From the NCBI GenBank assembly GCA_951406725.2, contig OX597818.1, positions 73,656,001 through 73,720,000 on the forward strand: 64,000 nucleotides of DNA, written 5' to 3'. The stretch is from Octopus vulgaris (lineage: Eukaryota). Under the pieces are notes generated by a model, which was not told where the DNA came from, ran no database searches, and saw nothing but the letters and a program-made list of their open reading frames with translations. The first letter of the stretch is position 1, and every line of letters starts with the position of its first letter. The translations under genes and the position numbers were made by a program. Positions 1-14,699 of the stretch are shown here, one piece after another.

Positions 1-97
1 CACTTTTCAAAGTTATCACCAATAGAGAAAGACCTGGAAATATTCCAGACTCATGTCTCCTTCATCGGAATTTATACATGACGCATGAGGGTCTTAC

Positions 98-203
<106 letters not shown>

Positions 204-244
204 GCATGTATATACCTATATATATATATGTATATACACACACA

Positions 245-640
245 TAAATGGGTGCAGGACGTCAAAAAAAAAACGTGAACATGAAGAACGAGCACGGGAA
301 GAACAAAAACCTGGAAAACGAACATTTTTTTCCGAACATCGAAAGAAACAAATAAAGAAACGAAACAGGCAACATAAAGAACAATCCCTTCATCAATTCA
401 CCCCTGTTTTATCTACTCCGCGTTTCGAACGCTGGACCAAGACGCGTGTTCGTTCAAACAGTCGTTCCCGCAAAGCAAATAAAATAAAATTTGGGATTTG
501 CGGAGGGATAACGTGGTAACAAAAACAGGACAGTAAGAACAAAACAGTAAAAACAAACAGTAAGTGATGTTAAGCTATAACTAGGTGAAGTGGTGAACGC
601 TGGAGAAAGGAGCTTTGACAGGAAACAGGCGATGCATGTG
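245..640 (-). mobile_element. Penelope-like pLTR/3' tail fragment with half-conserved hammerhead motif
   Basis: Minus strand GAAC..GTTC-GAAA-C-GCGGA-GTA (410-462) plus TTGATGAAGGG; T-rich tail runs into (TA)n at ~240. Confidence 0.45.
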
Positions 641-690
641 TATATCCATATATATATATGTATGTACATATATGTATGTATATATTCATA

Positions 691-1078
691 TTTTTGGAAG
701 CACTCCGTCGGTTACGACGATGAGAGTTCTGGTTGATCCGAATCAACGGAACAGCCTGCTCGTGAAATTAACGTGTAAGTGGCTGAGCACTCCACATACA
801 CGTGCAACCTTAACGTAGTTCTCGGGGATATTCTGCGAGACACAGAGAGTGACAAGGCCGGCCCCTTGAAATACAGGTACAACAGAAACAGGAAGTAAGA
901 GTGAGAGAAAGTTGTGGTGAAAGAGTACAGCAGGGATCACCACCATCCCCTGCCGGAGCCTCGTGGAGCTTTTAGGTGTTTACGCTCAATAAACACTCAC
1001 AACGCCCGGTCTGGGAATCGAAACTGCGATCCTATGACCGCGAGTCCGCTGCCCTAACCACTGGGCAATTGCGCCTCC
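691..1078 (-). mobile_element. tRNA-derived SINE (octopus OR-like)
   Basis: Minus strand head GGAGGCGCAATTGCCCAGTGG (A box) ... GTTTCGATTCC (B box), then ~300 bp body; flanked by TA tracts. Confidence 0.85.
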
Positions 1079-1086
1079 ACCATATT

Positions 1087-1168
<82 letters not shown>

Positions 1169-1265
1169 CATGTATGTATGTGTAAATACACATATATACA
1201 TATACACACACATATATGTATATATATATATATATATACTTCTGTTTTATAAATGTCAATGTTTG

Positions 1266-1358
1266 TGAAGAAGAAGAAGAAGAAGAAGAAGAAGAAGAAG
1301 AAGAAGAAGAAGAAGAAGAAGAAGAAGAAGAAGAAGAAGAAGAAGAAGAAGAAGAAGA
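1266..1358. repeat. (GAA)n microsatellite
   Basis: About 30 GAA units. Confidence 0.99.
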
Positions 1359-1424
1359 ATGAGGAGGAGGAAGAGGAGAGAAGCATAGGAGAGAAAAATG
1401 ACAAAGAGGTAAGAAAAGAAGAAG

Positions 1425-2225
1425 AATAGCAAGTGCGAATGATATTAGGTTCTGAAAGAAGTAGGACCAAAATTACTGAATGGATCCTTATGATTTTCGG
1501 AATTTAGATTCAATTCAGAAGAGCAGATATAATTGTGGTATGGTTGGTTTGATTTGGAGGGAGCTCAAAGGGGGCATTCACCACCCCTGAACATTCATAA
1601 ATTTCCAATGCTGATGAAATTTCCACCATAAGTAATTGACACAAATCAAGGAGTATTCCCCACGTTTCTGCTTCTTATGAGGATTCTAAGACCCCCTAAC
1701 TCCCAAATTTTAGTCATTTATTATGATCCAAAACAAAGTCAAATATACTGAATGGATCTTTATGAAATTTGGAAATTATATTCTATTCATAGGGGCGGAT
1801 GTAATGCAGCATCTGTGAATGTGAGGGAGCATAAATTTTTCCTTTTTTTGTAGCTTTTATCAGATAGAGTGGACATCAGAGATAGTTTTGTTTTTTTACT
1901 TTCTGTCTTTGTTACATGAGTATAATATTCTGAAAATTTCGAGTTATCTTGCTAAGATTTTGCAATGTACACTCAAAAGATATTTTTCTCATTTAACTAA
2001 TCAAAAATAAAGTATTAACAAAGTTCGTAAAAATCTACATATTGACGAATACATTGTCAATAAATCATTTAATATATAATTTCTGCTTTAAATTTAAAGA
2101 GAAAATTTCGCCATTAACAAATGATATAAATAAACTTTTTTAAATATTTCATTTTAAAGAACAAAAAGAAAGAATGAAGTAGGCACTGGGCCAGACGAGC
2201 ACTTTGGTGCACTTTCGTGCACTCA
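1425..2225 (-). mobile_element. Possible Helentron-associated non-autonomous element
   Basis: Internal diverged direct repeats (ACTGAATGGATC.TTATGA at ~1475 and ~1747); terminal hairpin GTGCAC-TTTC-GTGCAC at 2207-2222. Confidence 0.3.
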
Positions 2226-2864
2226 ATGAACTAAATGCAATTTATCGATTTTTTTTTCAATTTTATTGGGAAAATTTAAAAGTACAAAACAATTGTATAC
2301 TGAAAAAACATTGTAAATTGAAGAATGAAAAACCTCGAAAAAACAAAAAAAATCTGACATCCGATTGAATACACACGTATAGTACATATTTTTATGATAA
2401 TTTAGTCTTCCTTTACGCACTATGTATATATTTATGAAAGCTTTTGTGTGTGTGCGTGTGGTGCCTCGTGTGTGTATGTGTGTGTGTGTGTGCGTGCGTG
2501 TGTAAATGTGTCTGTGCATGTATGCGTGAGATTGGTGATTCGTTACTTTTAGCACTTTTAGCAACCCCTCCTGCAGTTATACCGGTGCGTCATCTTTAGA
2601 TTTGAATGGCCTCTGTTTTTTTTTTTTTCTTTCCGTCTCTGTTCGCATGAAAATACAAAAATCTTTGCTTTCCGAATGTTAAGGAAACGTGACTGACATT
2701 TCTAAACGCTGGATCAAAGAATAGGTGCAGGCCACTGCGGTTTGCTGGCTCGTGTGTGAGTGTGTGTGTGTATGTGTATGCGTATGTGCGCGCGCTTGTG
2801 TCTGTGTGTATCCGTATGGGTGCGATACAATCATATATACATACATATACATAAGTGTACGTAT

Positions 2865-3112
2865 GTATATGATGGAATAGTTACTATGAAGCATTGTATA
2901 GAATATATTGTATAAATGATTATGGGTGTGCCTTGTTTTTACTTCATATTATTCTGGCCTTAGCCACGATCCTTCATATATATATATATATGTATATTAC
3001 GTATATGATGGAATAGTTACTATGAAGCATGGTGTAGAATATATTGTATAAAGGATCATGGGGTTGCCTTGCTTTTACTTCGTATTGTTCTGGCTTTACC
3101 CACGATCCTTTA
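2865..3112. repeat. Two tandem diverged ~110 bp units, each with an internal inverted repeat
   Basis: 2865-2974 and 3001-3112 align; TAAAGGATCATGGG (3049-3062) pairs with CCCACGATCCTTTA (3099-3112), 1 mismatch. Confidence 0.85.
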
Positions 3113-3116
3113 TGCA

Positions 3117-3231
<115 letters not shown>

Positions 3232-4791
3232 TATTACATATAAGAGGGTCTTTCACGCATTTACCATGTAACAATTCCCTCACAAAGCATTAACTTGTAT
3301 GTTTCGTATATTCTCTCCAGGCAAAATTATGAAGTGGTAGATACCATCAACTCTAGAACTTGGCTGCTACTTAATACTATCGACAGCCGAAAAAAGAAAG
3401 GTAATATTGACAGGGTTTGAAATGGCAACATAGAAAGGTAGATGAAATAACCAAAGTATTTTTCTGACACCTCAAAATATTGATAATATAACGATAATGA
3501 AACGCGTATAAGAAAAAAATAAAGGACAACGGAAGGAAATTGCACCAATGCATAAACCACAGAATAGAATGCACCAAAGGTAGGTTGATAATTGTAGGAG
3601 TTAGTTCAGTGTGGATTGAGGAGGAAGTTATAGAATTGGCTATGGATACAGGATTTTAGGCATTGTGAAAATTGGGAGGGGAGTAATATCTTGTGTGGTG
3701 TTGCAGGGCAGTGTGTAAGGAGAACCTCAAAAGATTGTAGGTGATCGGTGTTATATGGAAAATCTGTGTGATTGTGACTATCGGTTTTAGAAGGTCAGTA
3801 TATATGCAGATTAGACCTATTACGAGTAAGTATAGATTTGAAATAGTTGTACGTCTGAAGAATATTAGGATTAAAAAATAACTTTCAGATCGATGTGGGG
3901 AAAGTCGTCACTTGTCTTTTAAACCTTGCAACTAAATTGGGTGATTCGATAGAGCATCGAATAAAATGCCTTGTAGTATTTGCTCTGTCCCATTATGCCA
4001 CGTTCAGCTGTGTCTGTCATCCCTTTTCGATTGCCAAGACAACCCCAATCTACGGTAGTAAGTTGGTAAAACAGTATATGTTTAGACTAGATATTTCACT
4101 GTATTGATTAAATAGTTTTGGGTTGTCAGTTTAAACTTTATCGTGGTCAATTTGGACGGTAAACTTAATCAACTTGGACGGTACACTTTTGGACACATTG
4201 TGCACCTCTAGTAGACTCTGTTACAACAATTCGAAACAGATCTCCTACTTGAGCATATCATTCTACATCCATTCCCTCCCACCAGGCGCTGAGGCCTTCT
4301 AAAAATATCATTCACATAACAAAAATACATGAACCACTGCGTTTAACCTAACAAAGACTAACACGAAGTACCTCCATACTGGGATGTCAAGGATATCGAA
4401 TAACCGAACACTTAAAACACAGGGTGGAATTTTATATCCGTTAGTGTCCAGGTTGGAAATGTATTCCGGAAAAATGTTAGTATTAGCTTGCATAAATCAG
4501 TTACAGCGCTTTGCGTCAACGACACTCTCTGGGAAGGTTTTTTTTTTATTAAGTTATTGACGCGTTACTTAGCAGCCCTTGAATTTGAGTTTGACTTGAG
4601 TTTCTGAAAAACTACAATACGTGTATCATCAGAGTGAACATGCTTGAGTGCATAAGTATGCATGAGAGTGCATCTCTTTTTAATATGTATCGTGCTGCGC
4701 AGTCAGTTTTCGAAAACATAGGCAGCATGATTTGTCTAAATAATGACGCAACATGTAATAAGATACTAATACACACACACACACACACACA

Positions 4792-4835
<44 letters not shown>

Positions 4836-4861
4836 ACTATATACGATGAAATGCTAATGTG

Positions 4862-4917
<56 letters not shown>

Positions 4918-5042
4918 AGCCCCCGCACACAAAAGAGTATGTGAATGTGTGTAGTGCGTATGTGTCGATCGATATGCATGATAATCTGTCAAAATTTTTA
5001 TTTTCTTAGCTATCTATGCATAAGAATCAACACCTTTATGTG

Positions 5043-5184
<142 letters not shown>

Positions 5185-5455
5185 CACACGCATACACATA
5201 TATTTCGGATTAACTTTTGGTTAATTCCATGCATGTCTATGTTTGCATATATGTGAATATGTGAATGTGGACTTATAATTTCGTGCGTGTTCGTTTATGT
5301 GTATTACTGTTTTACTGTATACACACGCGCGTGCATACATACATACACAACTGAATATAAACTCATATATTCAAATATATATATTTACATATACATATAT
5401 ATATGTATATATATGTATATACATACATATACATATATGTATATATATATATATG

Positions 5456-5542
<87 letters not shown>

Positions 5543-5984
5543 TCCCATATGTACATGTATAATATCATACATACACATATAAATATGTACCTATGTATAT
5601 ATATATATATATATATTAATGTATACATAGGTATAAATATATGTAACTTCAGACACATACATTTGTAGTACATAATAAGATGACAGCCATATTATCCCAA
5701 CGCTTCTATTCAACCACTCTGTGTACATTGAAGGTGATATTTATATTATAAATTATATATTATTTCATTCAGGTATATTCCGTTGGCTTTAGCGAAAATA
5801 TAATTAATTTAGAAAATGAAAAACGAACTAAAACGAATAAACACACAACAATGATATAAAAAATAATAAAATAATAGTAAAAAAAAATTATGAAATAAAA
5901 TCTTCAGAAAATGGCGAAATAAAATATAAAAGTAAATTCTATGGAGAAAGAATTGAGCGAAAATCATGCAGCTTTTATGCATAT

Positions 5985-6020
<36 letters not shown>

Positions 6021-7064
6021 CTTTGTGCATTTTATTGAATTAAGCGTAATCTGACTAATGGAATATGTTTGAGGAGGAGAACTGATCGGAATTTTTATCT
6101 TGTAGGATTGAAAGAATATAGGACTCAATGTCTGGCTGATTGAATATATCTCCTTGTTTACAGTTCGAGTAGTAATCCTGACTGATATTGGAAATGAATA
6201 ACTATATTAAAACAACTGACGCCCATCACCAACAACAAACTTGCAAAAAAAAAAACTCATACAAATTCTGGTTCTCGCTCTGTCTGTCTGTCTGTCTGTC
6301 TCTTTCTCTTTCTCTCTTTCTATTTTTCTGTCCCTCCGCGCGCTCACTCCCCCCATCTCCGAGACATACGTACGACCGTGTGTATATTTACATCAATACG
6401 TATATATAAGTGTACTTGTGTGCTTGTGTTTGTGTGTAAATATATATATAGACATAATGAGATAGAGATAGAGAGAGGGGAAAGAGAGAGACAGTTACAT
6501 ACACACACAGGCGTACTTATAGATAAATATAGTTATGAATGCGCTCACATCGACACCCACGCAGATATAGGTTACGCACATATTTATTTTCTTCTATTGT
6601 TATATTTATATATCTTTCGTTAAAGATAGTATTTTCATGAATTTTATATACATTTAATTTATATGAGCATTAAATTGCATTCATAGTGATAGTAAAGCTC
6701 CCCAGAGGCCAGATTTACTCCCTTCATCTTGGTAGAACAAACACCGTGTCTATAAACAAACAGCGTAAACAAAATATGTTCGGTTCAACGAAATTTCAGG
6801 CCCTGCCTAAATAACTACAACACATTCCGGGAAAAACAGGAACGTACGGCATAACTGGAGTACGAAGAGCACGACCTGCTAGAATCAGCATGAAAATTTC
6901 TCTCTAAATATACTCTCCGGTACTAAACCGAGCTCACATTATATGGTGTAGCCCTGACAACAATAAATGACATGATGACGTGATAATCACGATCAGTATT
7001 TATGTACCAAATGCAAATATCGCATACATAAAGCCCGCGGATATGCATGATAATCATCCGAATA

Positions 7065-7482
7065 GGCGCAGGAGTGGCTGTGTGGTAAGTAGCTTGCTTA
7101 CCAACCACATGGTTCCAGGTTCAGTCCCACTGCGTGGCATCTTGGGCAAGTGTCTTCTGCTATAGCCCCGGGCCGACCAATGCCTTGTGAGTGGATTTGG
7201 TAGACAGAAACTGAAAGAAGCCTGTCGTATATATGTATATATATGTAGGTGTGTGTGTATGTGTTTGTGTGTCTGTGTTTGTCCCTGTAGCATTGCTTGA
7301 CAACCGATGCTGGTGTGGTTACGTCCCCGTAACTTAGCGGTTCAGCAAAAAAGACACCGATAGAATAAGTACTGGGCTTACAAAGAATAAGTCCCGGGGT
7401 CGATTTGCTCGACTAAAGGCGGTGCTCCAGCATGGCCGCAGTCAAATGACTGAAACAAGTAAAAGAGTAAAGAGTAAAAGAG
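7065..7482 (+). mobile_element. Full-length OK-like tRNA-derived SINE
   Basis: GGCGCAGGAGTGGCTGTGTGG (A box), GGTTCAGTCCC (B box), internal TA/TG microsatellite, 3' GGCGGTGCTCCAGCATGGCC..GAAACAAGT and (AAGAGTA)n tail; several other copies in the window. Confidence 0.92.
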
Positions 7483-7489
7483 TATATAT

Positions 7490-8030
7490 TACAATTAGTT
7501 CTAATGTCACCAGTGGTTAAATTGTAACAGATGTTGGCTTTTCAAAACATGGCAGAGAAAATCATAGAGTGTTCGAAACGTTCGCTTTGCAATCATGTGG
7601 TCCCTTGGTGGACTGTGGTGCACCTGAAGTGTTTCCTCCATAATCTCTGAATCGGGGCTTGTCCATATATTCGGAAAATATATTTTGGCCAAAATAATAT
7701 GAAATGGCACAGTACTAAATCTTAAGAAATTAATAAAGAATAGGCCCTCCAGATTTTTTCGCAGAATAATCGAGCCACATACGCCTGGAATGTCGTTAGA
7801 CACTCACACTCAAACAATGCATACATTACCCACGAGGAAGAATGTGTTGGGCTTGGGCGGTTTCGGGGTACTTTCGGGCCAAGGACTACAATGGAAAATT
7901 TCCAGAAATCATACCAAGGGGCACTACCGGTTCGGGATAAACTCTGGAGGCGTGAAACAAGCCGCATGTACAAAAGGTGGAACTGGCGGCGACAAATAGT
8001 GAAAATAACACCACCTCACACCTTTAACAA
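7490..8030 (-). mobile_element. Possible highly decayed Tc1/mariner-superfamily transposase remnant
   Basis: Weak similarity to VWCG..IGPFF and QQDGAP motifs (GVCGS..EGLFFINF; GAPQ); no TIR pair found. Confidence 0.25.
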
Positions 8031-9101
8031 GGTCTGACTAGTGATATCCTCTGTCTAGGAACTACGTTGAAAGAGGATATGGAGCGCACGATGCTGAAAT
8101 GAATGAGAATAGAAATCTTCCGCAGCGCCGCATAGACCTATCGTGACTGAACGCGTATGCAAAATTCATTGAACAGAAAATTCTGAGTTGAACAAACATG
8201 AAACCCAGTTCAAATGGAATTCGTAATTATTAAAATGTGGAATTTATACTAAATTGAAAGAACACATTTTTCTGGTCGTAAATGCTAAATATTGGAGTGT
8301 TTATTCGCTCTATCCTATTATGATGCGAATGACTCTATGGATTAATAAAAAAAAACAAAAAAACACGTATCAACAATTTCCATTCATTTGTCTTGGCTGA
8401 TATCAGGAGAAAATGTTTTTATAAAGAGATGAGATGGAACAGAACAAGACTTAGCTGTATGTAAGTAAAAATGAATATCTTTACAAAAAAGTAAATAAAT
8501 CAATAGAATATGTGTTTATAAAGCACAGTTATTGTAGAACCATAAGAGAAAATTCTATCATTTATTATTCGCTGGCGACGTTCTCCCCTAATTCCTACAC
8601 TTATAATACCTATTGCTACCTCACGAGAATAAACATTTAGAAAATTTGTTTCCATTGCTATTATCATATATTTTATTGATTTTATTTAACACAGCAATTG
8701 ATAAGAAATGGGCGTCGCAAATTCCTAACGCCGATCCACTTTTCAGAGTATTATGTTGTTGTTTTTTTTATATTGGGTGTGGTGGTCTGCTTGGCACAAA
8801 GCGTACTATGATCAGTCAAACTAATGTGTACCAACAGCTAGAACCGTCCAGCTTGTGGCACACATTTGTTGGTTTTCTTTAAACTATAATACCAATAAAT
8901 ATATTCGATATACTTAGAAAAACATTAAGTGTTTTTAATATCATCACTGCTTTCTAGACATCCACAACAAATACAACTTACCCAAGTTCAATACGGCTAA
9001 GTCTTTTGTTGCTCATCCTATTTATATATCGCTGCTGAGCTAAACTCCTATCTAAATATTTCCACTAGTTTATTTCATCCAAACTAAAATCCATCCCATC
9101 A

Positions 9102-9316
9102 CTAGGGGTGCTGAAAAATTCTTGTCTTTACTTAAAAGAAAATACAGGAGGATCTATTAATTAAAATTTTATTCAGCATACTTCTCTCTCAGGATAACAC
9201 TTATTGTAGCGTCCTTCAATTTTTCTTAAGCCTTGTGAAAGAACTTAAAAGGTTGGGCCTTTCACCAGGCCTTTCGCGACAACTTTAACGCCAGAAACTT
9301 TTCTACATTGCATGAC
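9102..9316. mobile_element. Mariner-type MITE, degenerate
   Basis: Left GGGGTGCTGAAAAATTCTTGTCTTTA vs right TAACGCCAGAAACTTTTCTACATTGC: imperfect TIRs, ~210 bp, no ORF. Confidence 0.55.
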
Positions 9317-10089
9317 TTCGTTTAAGTCATTTATCTCCATAGGTTCTCCTACTACCTGACATTGTTCAATTATTTCTTACTCTGGACATTAAATCCCTTA
9401 CATACTTCTAATCTTCGAAATTGTTTTCAACTACCCAACTAAACCCCATTTGAATACGCATACTCTCCTCTTCCACTGTGCTACACAACTCTTCCACAGT
9501 GCTATACAACTCTTGCAAGAAACTACTTCCACAGTGCTCTAAATCTCCTACAATGAAAACTATATAGGCACTACGTCACCAACACACATGTAGATCGCAT
9601 CTATTAAATACGTTGATTTTTCTCTCTTTGCTATATAATTCACTACATATCCATCACATTTGTCAATGTCTTTTAACATTTTTCTCTTAGTCGGGTATAT
9701 AAACCATCGAATCCCTTTCGTCGCTTATTGCGAATTTTCCTACATCACCCCCACTATCTGCTACATGCAATTCTGCCTCATCCGTACATAATATGCTTAG
9801 TCCACTGCTATCTGTCCCGTTCTCACTCTTGACTGAAGCCCAAATTTCCTACGTGGTATCTGCCTTATCACCACACCTTACCTTATTCGTACAATCCGCA
9901 TTTACTTTCAATCTATTCAACCATCCTCCTACCTCTAAAGTACAACATTGCATGATATATCCCACTCCTTAAATTATAAGTGTTATCTGGGCGACGTTCT
10001 GAAAATAGATCCTTCACTACACACTTCCCATGTCTTAACCCTATCGCCCGCACCCATATTGATATTCCAGTTGACACAACTTTCTTTCA

Positions 10090-10900
10090 TGGCAATAATA
10101 TGTATTATTAATCTGACATGTTCTGCATTAAAACGTACCTACTCTCATACACCTCCTCCTCCTCCTGTTCTACTTCCTGTCCCACTTCTTGTTTCTGGGG
10201 ATACCTCGCTTGCATGTGACCCCGTACTCCACAGTGGTAGCAGATGGGAGGTCTTCCTTCCACTATCCCTCTTAGTTTGACCTCCTCCGGCAACACAATC
10301 TCATCCACAATTTTATGTAGATCCGGGACACTGATTTCGAGCGTCATCTCAAGACCGTGTTGTCCTCGTGACCTTCAGGACATTGGTTTCCTCCACCGCG
10401 TTGAAGAGGAAGGCCACCACCAGCCACGTTTCATCAATTTCTGTGGGTACTCTGCCAATCTCAATTCTGGCCGCACGTTTTCCACAGTAAGTTGGCAGTA
10501 GTGTTCACTCATCCGGCCTTAATGGCACAGTGGAGCACTTAATTGCATGTTGTTCAGTCGCAAACCGTACCTCCACTGTGCCGTACTTCTTGCCTCTGAT
10601 TTAGTTGGCGTAAGGTGCTTCACCTCCTTGAGGCACGACTCCATTGCTTCAATGGCTGCTATTTCCACCTTTTTTGCTGAAGTTAGACAGAGTTCTAAAA
10701 GCAACCGTTCTTTTCGCTGTTTCCTCCAATATTTCTTTTGGAGGGGGTCAATGTGTGAGGCTGCTTCCTTCTTTAACAATTAGCTCGTTAGATTTTCTTA
10801 GTCTTCGTTCGTCGAATTTTACTTCCTTGACCTGCATAACGTCGCTATTTACACCCCTTCCTACTACTCTAGCATAGTTGACGGCTGGTTGAGTGTCCAT
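10090..10900 (-). pseudogene. L1/Tx1-like ORF1 (gag-like zinc knuckle) remnant with frameshifts
   Basis: ATG at 10900 (MDTQPAVNYARVV); VEGRPPICYHCGVRGHMQARY is a CX2CX4HX4C knuckle with last Cys changed to Tyr; acidic C-terminus; putative 5'UTR to ~11240. Confidence 0.7.
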
Positions 10901-12185
10901 AACTTCGTTCATCACAAATGACAGGAAAATTTCCAGAAATTGTTTTCACAAAATAACAGTTCAATAAATTTACAGAAATTTTCTACCCCGTAGGGCGAAA
11001 ATTAGTTTTCCACGGGACAACAGTTCAAATACCAATAACATTTGCAATTCAAATATAACAAATATTCGCAATAACAGAACAGGAAACGAACTCACAAACA
11101 ACTGAAAACAACACCATGTCGCAGACGAAAAGGAAGTGGCCTTGCTAGATGTCGCTGCCAATCTGCTGTCGAAAACTTACAGAATTCCAAGTCAAAAACA
11201 TTCACTGATCTACAAAAATAGAAATATTACTGTTCTAAATATCTCAGAGAGCGTTATGCATTAACAACACAAGGAAGACAACGCATGCCATGGACTGCAC
11301 AAGGGTGTCATTGGTAGCAGTTCTCACTATCAGTGAACTGTCTTCTCTTTGTTGATAGGTTTGGGGATAATTGATAGAGACAAAGTCAATATGTTAATCA
11401 GTTGTCTATTTAGATAGGGCTTCCGATATGTAAAGCCACTCACTGGAGAATAAGATAACGGAGATTTAAATGATCTAAATGACAATTACCATTCAAGAGT
11501 AGATGTACGATGTACATGCTAAGGAAGAAGCATATCTTTTCACAGAAAACCATTTGAACATAAATATTCAGATATGGCAGTATTATGTTTATGCTTACAT
11601 TAATTACTCCCTAGAATAGAGGTTAAAGGGGATTTGAAAAAATGTAAACGAGAGTTGAGGGGTTTTGTCAACAGTGAGGAGATACCTCTTTGTTCAGAGA
11701 CGGATATTTGGATATCCATAGGCAGATAAACTCAATTGTGCTTATGTTTCACACTATTACATACCGCGTTCTCATTGCTTCAATTAGATAACTTTAGTTT
11801 TAGCATGTGGTGAGCCCAAACAATTCAAAGCAATTTCGGAACATTTCCCATTTCATGTACTAAATATATTTTCTTTGATAATGTATGTATACTTTTCTTT
11901 CAATACACTTTTCTTCATAGTTACCATTCAGTATATGGCATTCACTATCCTCCACACTATTCGCTGACTGCACTTTTGATTTACTCGGTTGTACATATTC
12001 AGTTGAACTTTTATTCGTACTGAACCGAAAACTGTGTGTTTACTGTGTGAGTATTAAAAGAAAAAATATGCATATTATATCTACGTATGCGTTTCAGTGC
12101 TTAATATTATACACAAAGGTACACGTACATGAGCATATAAATATCAATATAATCATATATACATAAACACACACATACACACGCG

Positions 12186-12239
<54 letters not shown>

Positions 12240-12821
12240 GTTTATATGTACATATATATGTGTATATACCTATCTCTGCATAGGTATATGCATGCATACA
12301 TACAAACAGGCATACATAAGCGTATACATGCAGCGAATTTTTTATTCTTTTGGCAGCTGCTTAATATTATTCTATTATTGCATATATTAAGATAGGTTAA
12401 TATTTGGATGCTTTCCTTCTATTATGCTGCTTTAAAGTAAAACCTATATCTGACGATCAATCATTTCATTTTCTCTCCTTAACGAGCTTTTATCACCGAC
12501 ATTACTGGCACTGAATACATTATCTTCGTTTGAAACTTCAAAGTACAAACCCCTTAGATTTGTTATTTCTCCTCATCCCTTCATGCAATGCCTATATTCT
12601 ATCTCACTTAAACAACGTTTCATTGCCCTCAAAGAAGTAAATAAAGATATAAAAGTAAACGTTTACACGCTATGCAATTACATACACATGCACACAGGTC
12701 CGCATATATAACACACATGTTTATATATGTATTATATATGTATATATACGTACAAATATCTATATACATGTATATGCATATATGTATGCATATATACACT
12801 TATATGTATAGATGTTTATGG

Positions 12822-12892
<71 letters not shown>

Positions 12893-13410
12893 TATGCACA
12901 TACATATATACACATATACATATATAAATATATATTTGCATATATAATACATATATGTCCATATGTATGTGCATTTACCCATAAATACGTATACGTATAT
13001 GAATGCATACATAGATGTTACATACAAACAGGAATGTATATATGCATAAACGTACTACTACTACTACTACAACTACTACTACTACTATATTCATATATAT
13101 ATATATGAGTGGGTGGACAAATGAAAGAACGGGAACATTCAGAGACGTAAATAAAGATAAACAAGTAAACGTTCAAACACGATTTAATTGAACACACATA
13201 CATACATACATACTTACATACATACATATATGCATACATACATACATACATGATACATGCATACATACATACATACATACATACATACATACATACATAC
13301 ATACATGCATACATACATACATACATGATACATACATACATACATACATACATACATACATACATACATGTATACATACATACACACTTGTATATATATA
13401 TTATTATATA

Positions 13411-13570
13411 GGCGCAGGAATGGCTGTGTGGTAAGTTGCTTTCTTACCAACAACATGATTCCGGGTTCAGTCCTACTGCGTGGCAACTTGGGCAATTGTC
13501 TTCGAGTGTAGCCTCGGGCCGACCAATGACTTGTGAGTGGATTTGATAGACTAACTGAAAGAAGCCCGTC
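13411..13570 (+). mobile_element. OK-like SINE, 5' half
   Basis: Aligns with 7065-7227; ends where the internal microsatellite begins. Confidence 0.88.
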
Positions 13571-13572
13571 AC

Positions 13573-13608
<36 letters not shown>

Positions 13609-13774
13609 GCGTGTGTGTATGTGTGTGTGTGTGTGTGCATAGCTACACAGATAGATGTGCATATATATATATACACACAAACATATACATATATATATAT
13701 ACACACACACATATATATATATATAGATATATATACATATATGTATATATATATATATATATACACATACACAA

Positions 13775-13829
<55 letters not shown>

Positions 13830-14148
13830 CAAACGGAAACAAAAACAACAACAATGGAACAATTACAGTATTATTATTAATAGGCGCTCATATGTATATA
13901 TGTACGTGTGTATGTGTATGTGTAGAGCTATTTGTAGTTTGCTGTTGTTTGCCAAGTTTGTCGCTCATCATTTTATTTATAATCGCTACCATCAGTATCA
14001 TCGCTTCTACTATTTCTAGCAATACCAGAATCATTCAATTGTTATCTTAATCGTAGCGTTTATAGTCATAGAACATAGAAGCATCAACTCTATAATTGAT
14101 AATACGTCTATTACAGCCTCTGTATATGGCTCAAACTACAATTACTAG

Positions 14149-14241
<93 letters not shown>

Positions 14242-14300
14242 TAATACTTCTACTATATACATATATATGTGTGTGTATATATATATGTGTGGGGGGTGAA

Positions 14301-14632
14301 GGCGCAGGGCTAAGTGGTCAGAGCGTCGAGCTTACGATCGTGAGGTTGTGAGTTCGAATCCTGGATCGGGCTGCGTGTTGTGTTCTTGAGCAAGAAACTG
14401 TATTTCACGTTGCTCCAGTTCACCCAGCTATAGAAATGAGTTGCGACGTGACAGGTGCCAAGTTGTATCTGGTGTTGCCTTTCCCTTGGATAACAGTGGT
14501 GGCGTGGAGAGGGGTCGCCGGTATGCATGGGCGACTGCTGGTCTTCCATAAATAAACTTACCCGGACTTGTGGCTGGGAGGGTAACTTTCTAGGTGCAAT
14601 CCCACGGTCGGTCATGACCGAAGGGGGTCTCA
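14301..14632 (+). mobile_element. tRNA-derived SINE with V-domain-like core (OR-like)
   Basis: A box GGCTAAGTGG, B box GTTCGAATCC, core GTGTTCTTGAGCAAGAAACT..TTGCTCCAGTTCACCCAGCT..AAATGAGT. Confidence 0.85.
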
Positions 14633-14634
14633 AG

Positions 14635-14694
<60 letters not shown>

Positions 14695-14699
<5 letters not shown>

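Noticed and set aside
4560-4640. Minus-strand CTGATGA...GAAAC..GTC hammerhead-like spacing
   Set aside because: Stem II does not close next to GAAA and stem I is absent
14301-14372. tRNA-like sequence with A and B boxes (also 1005-1078 and 7065-7135)
   Set aside because: SINE heads that continue into SINE bodies; cloverleaf pairing is incomplete
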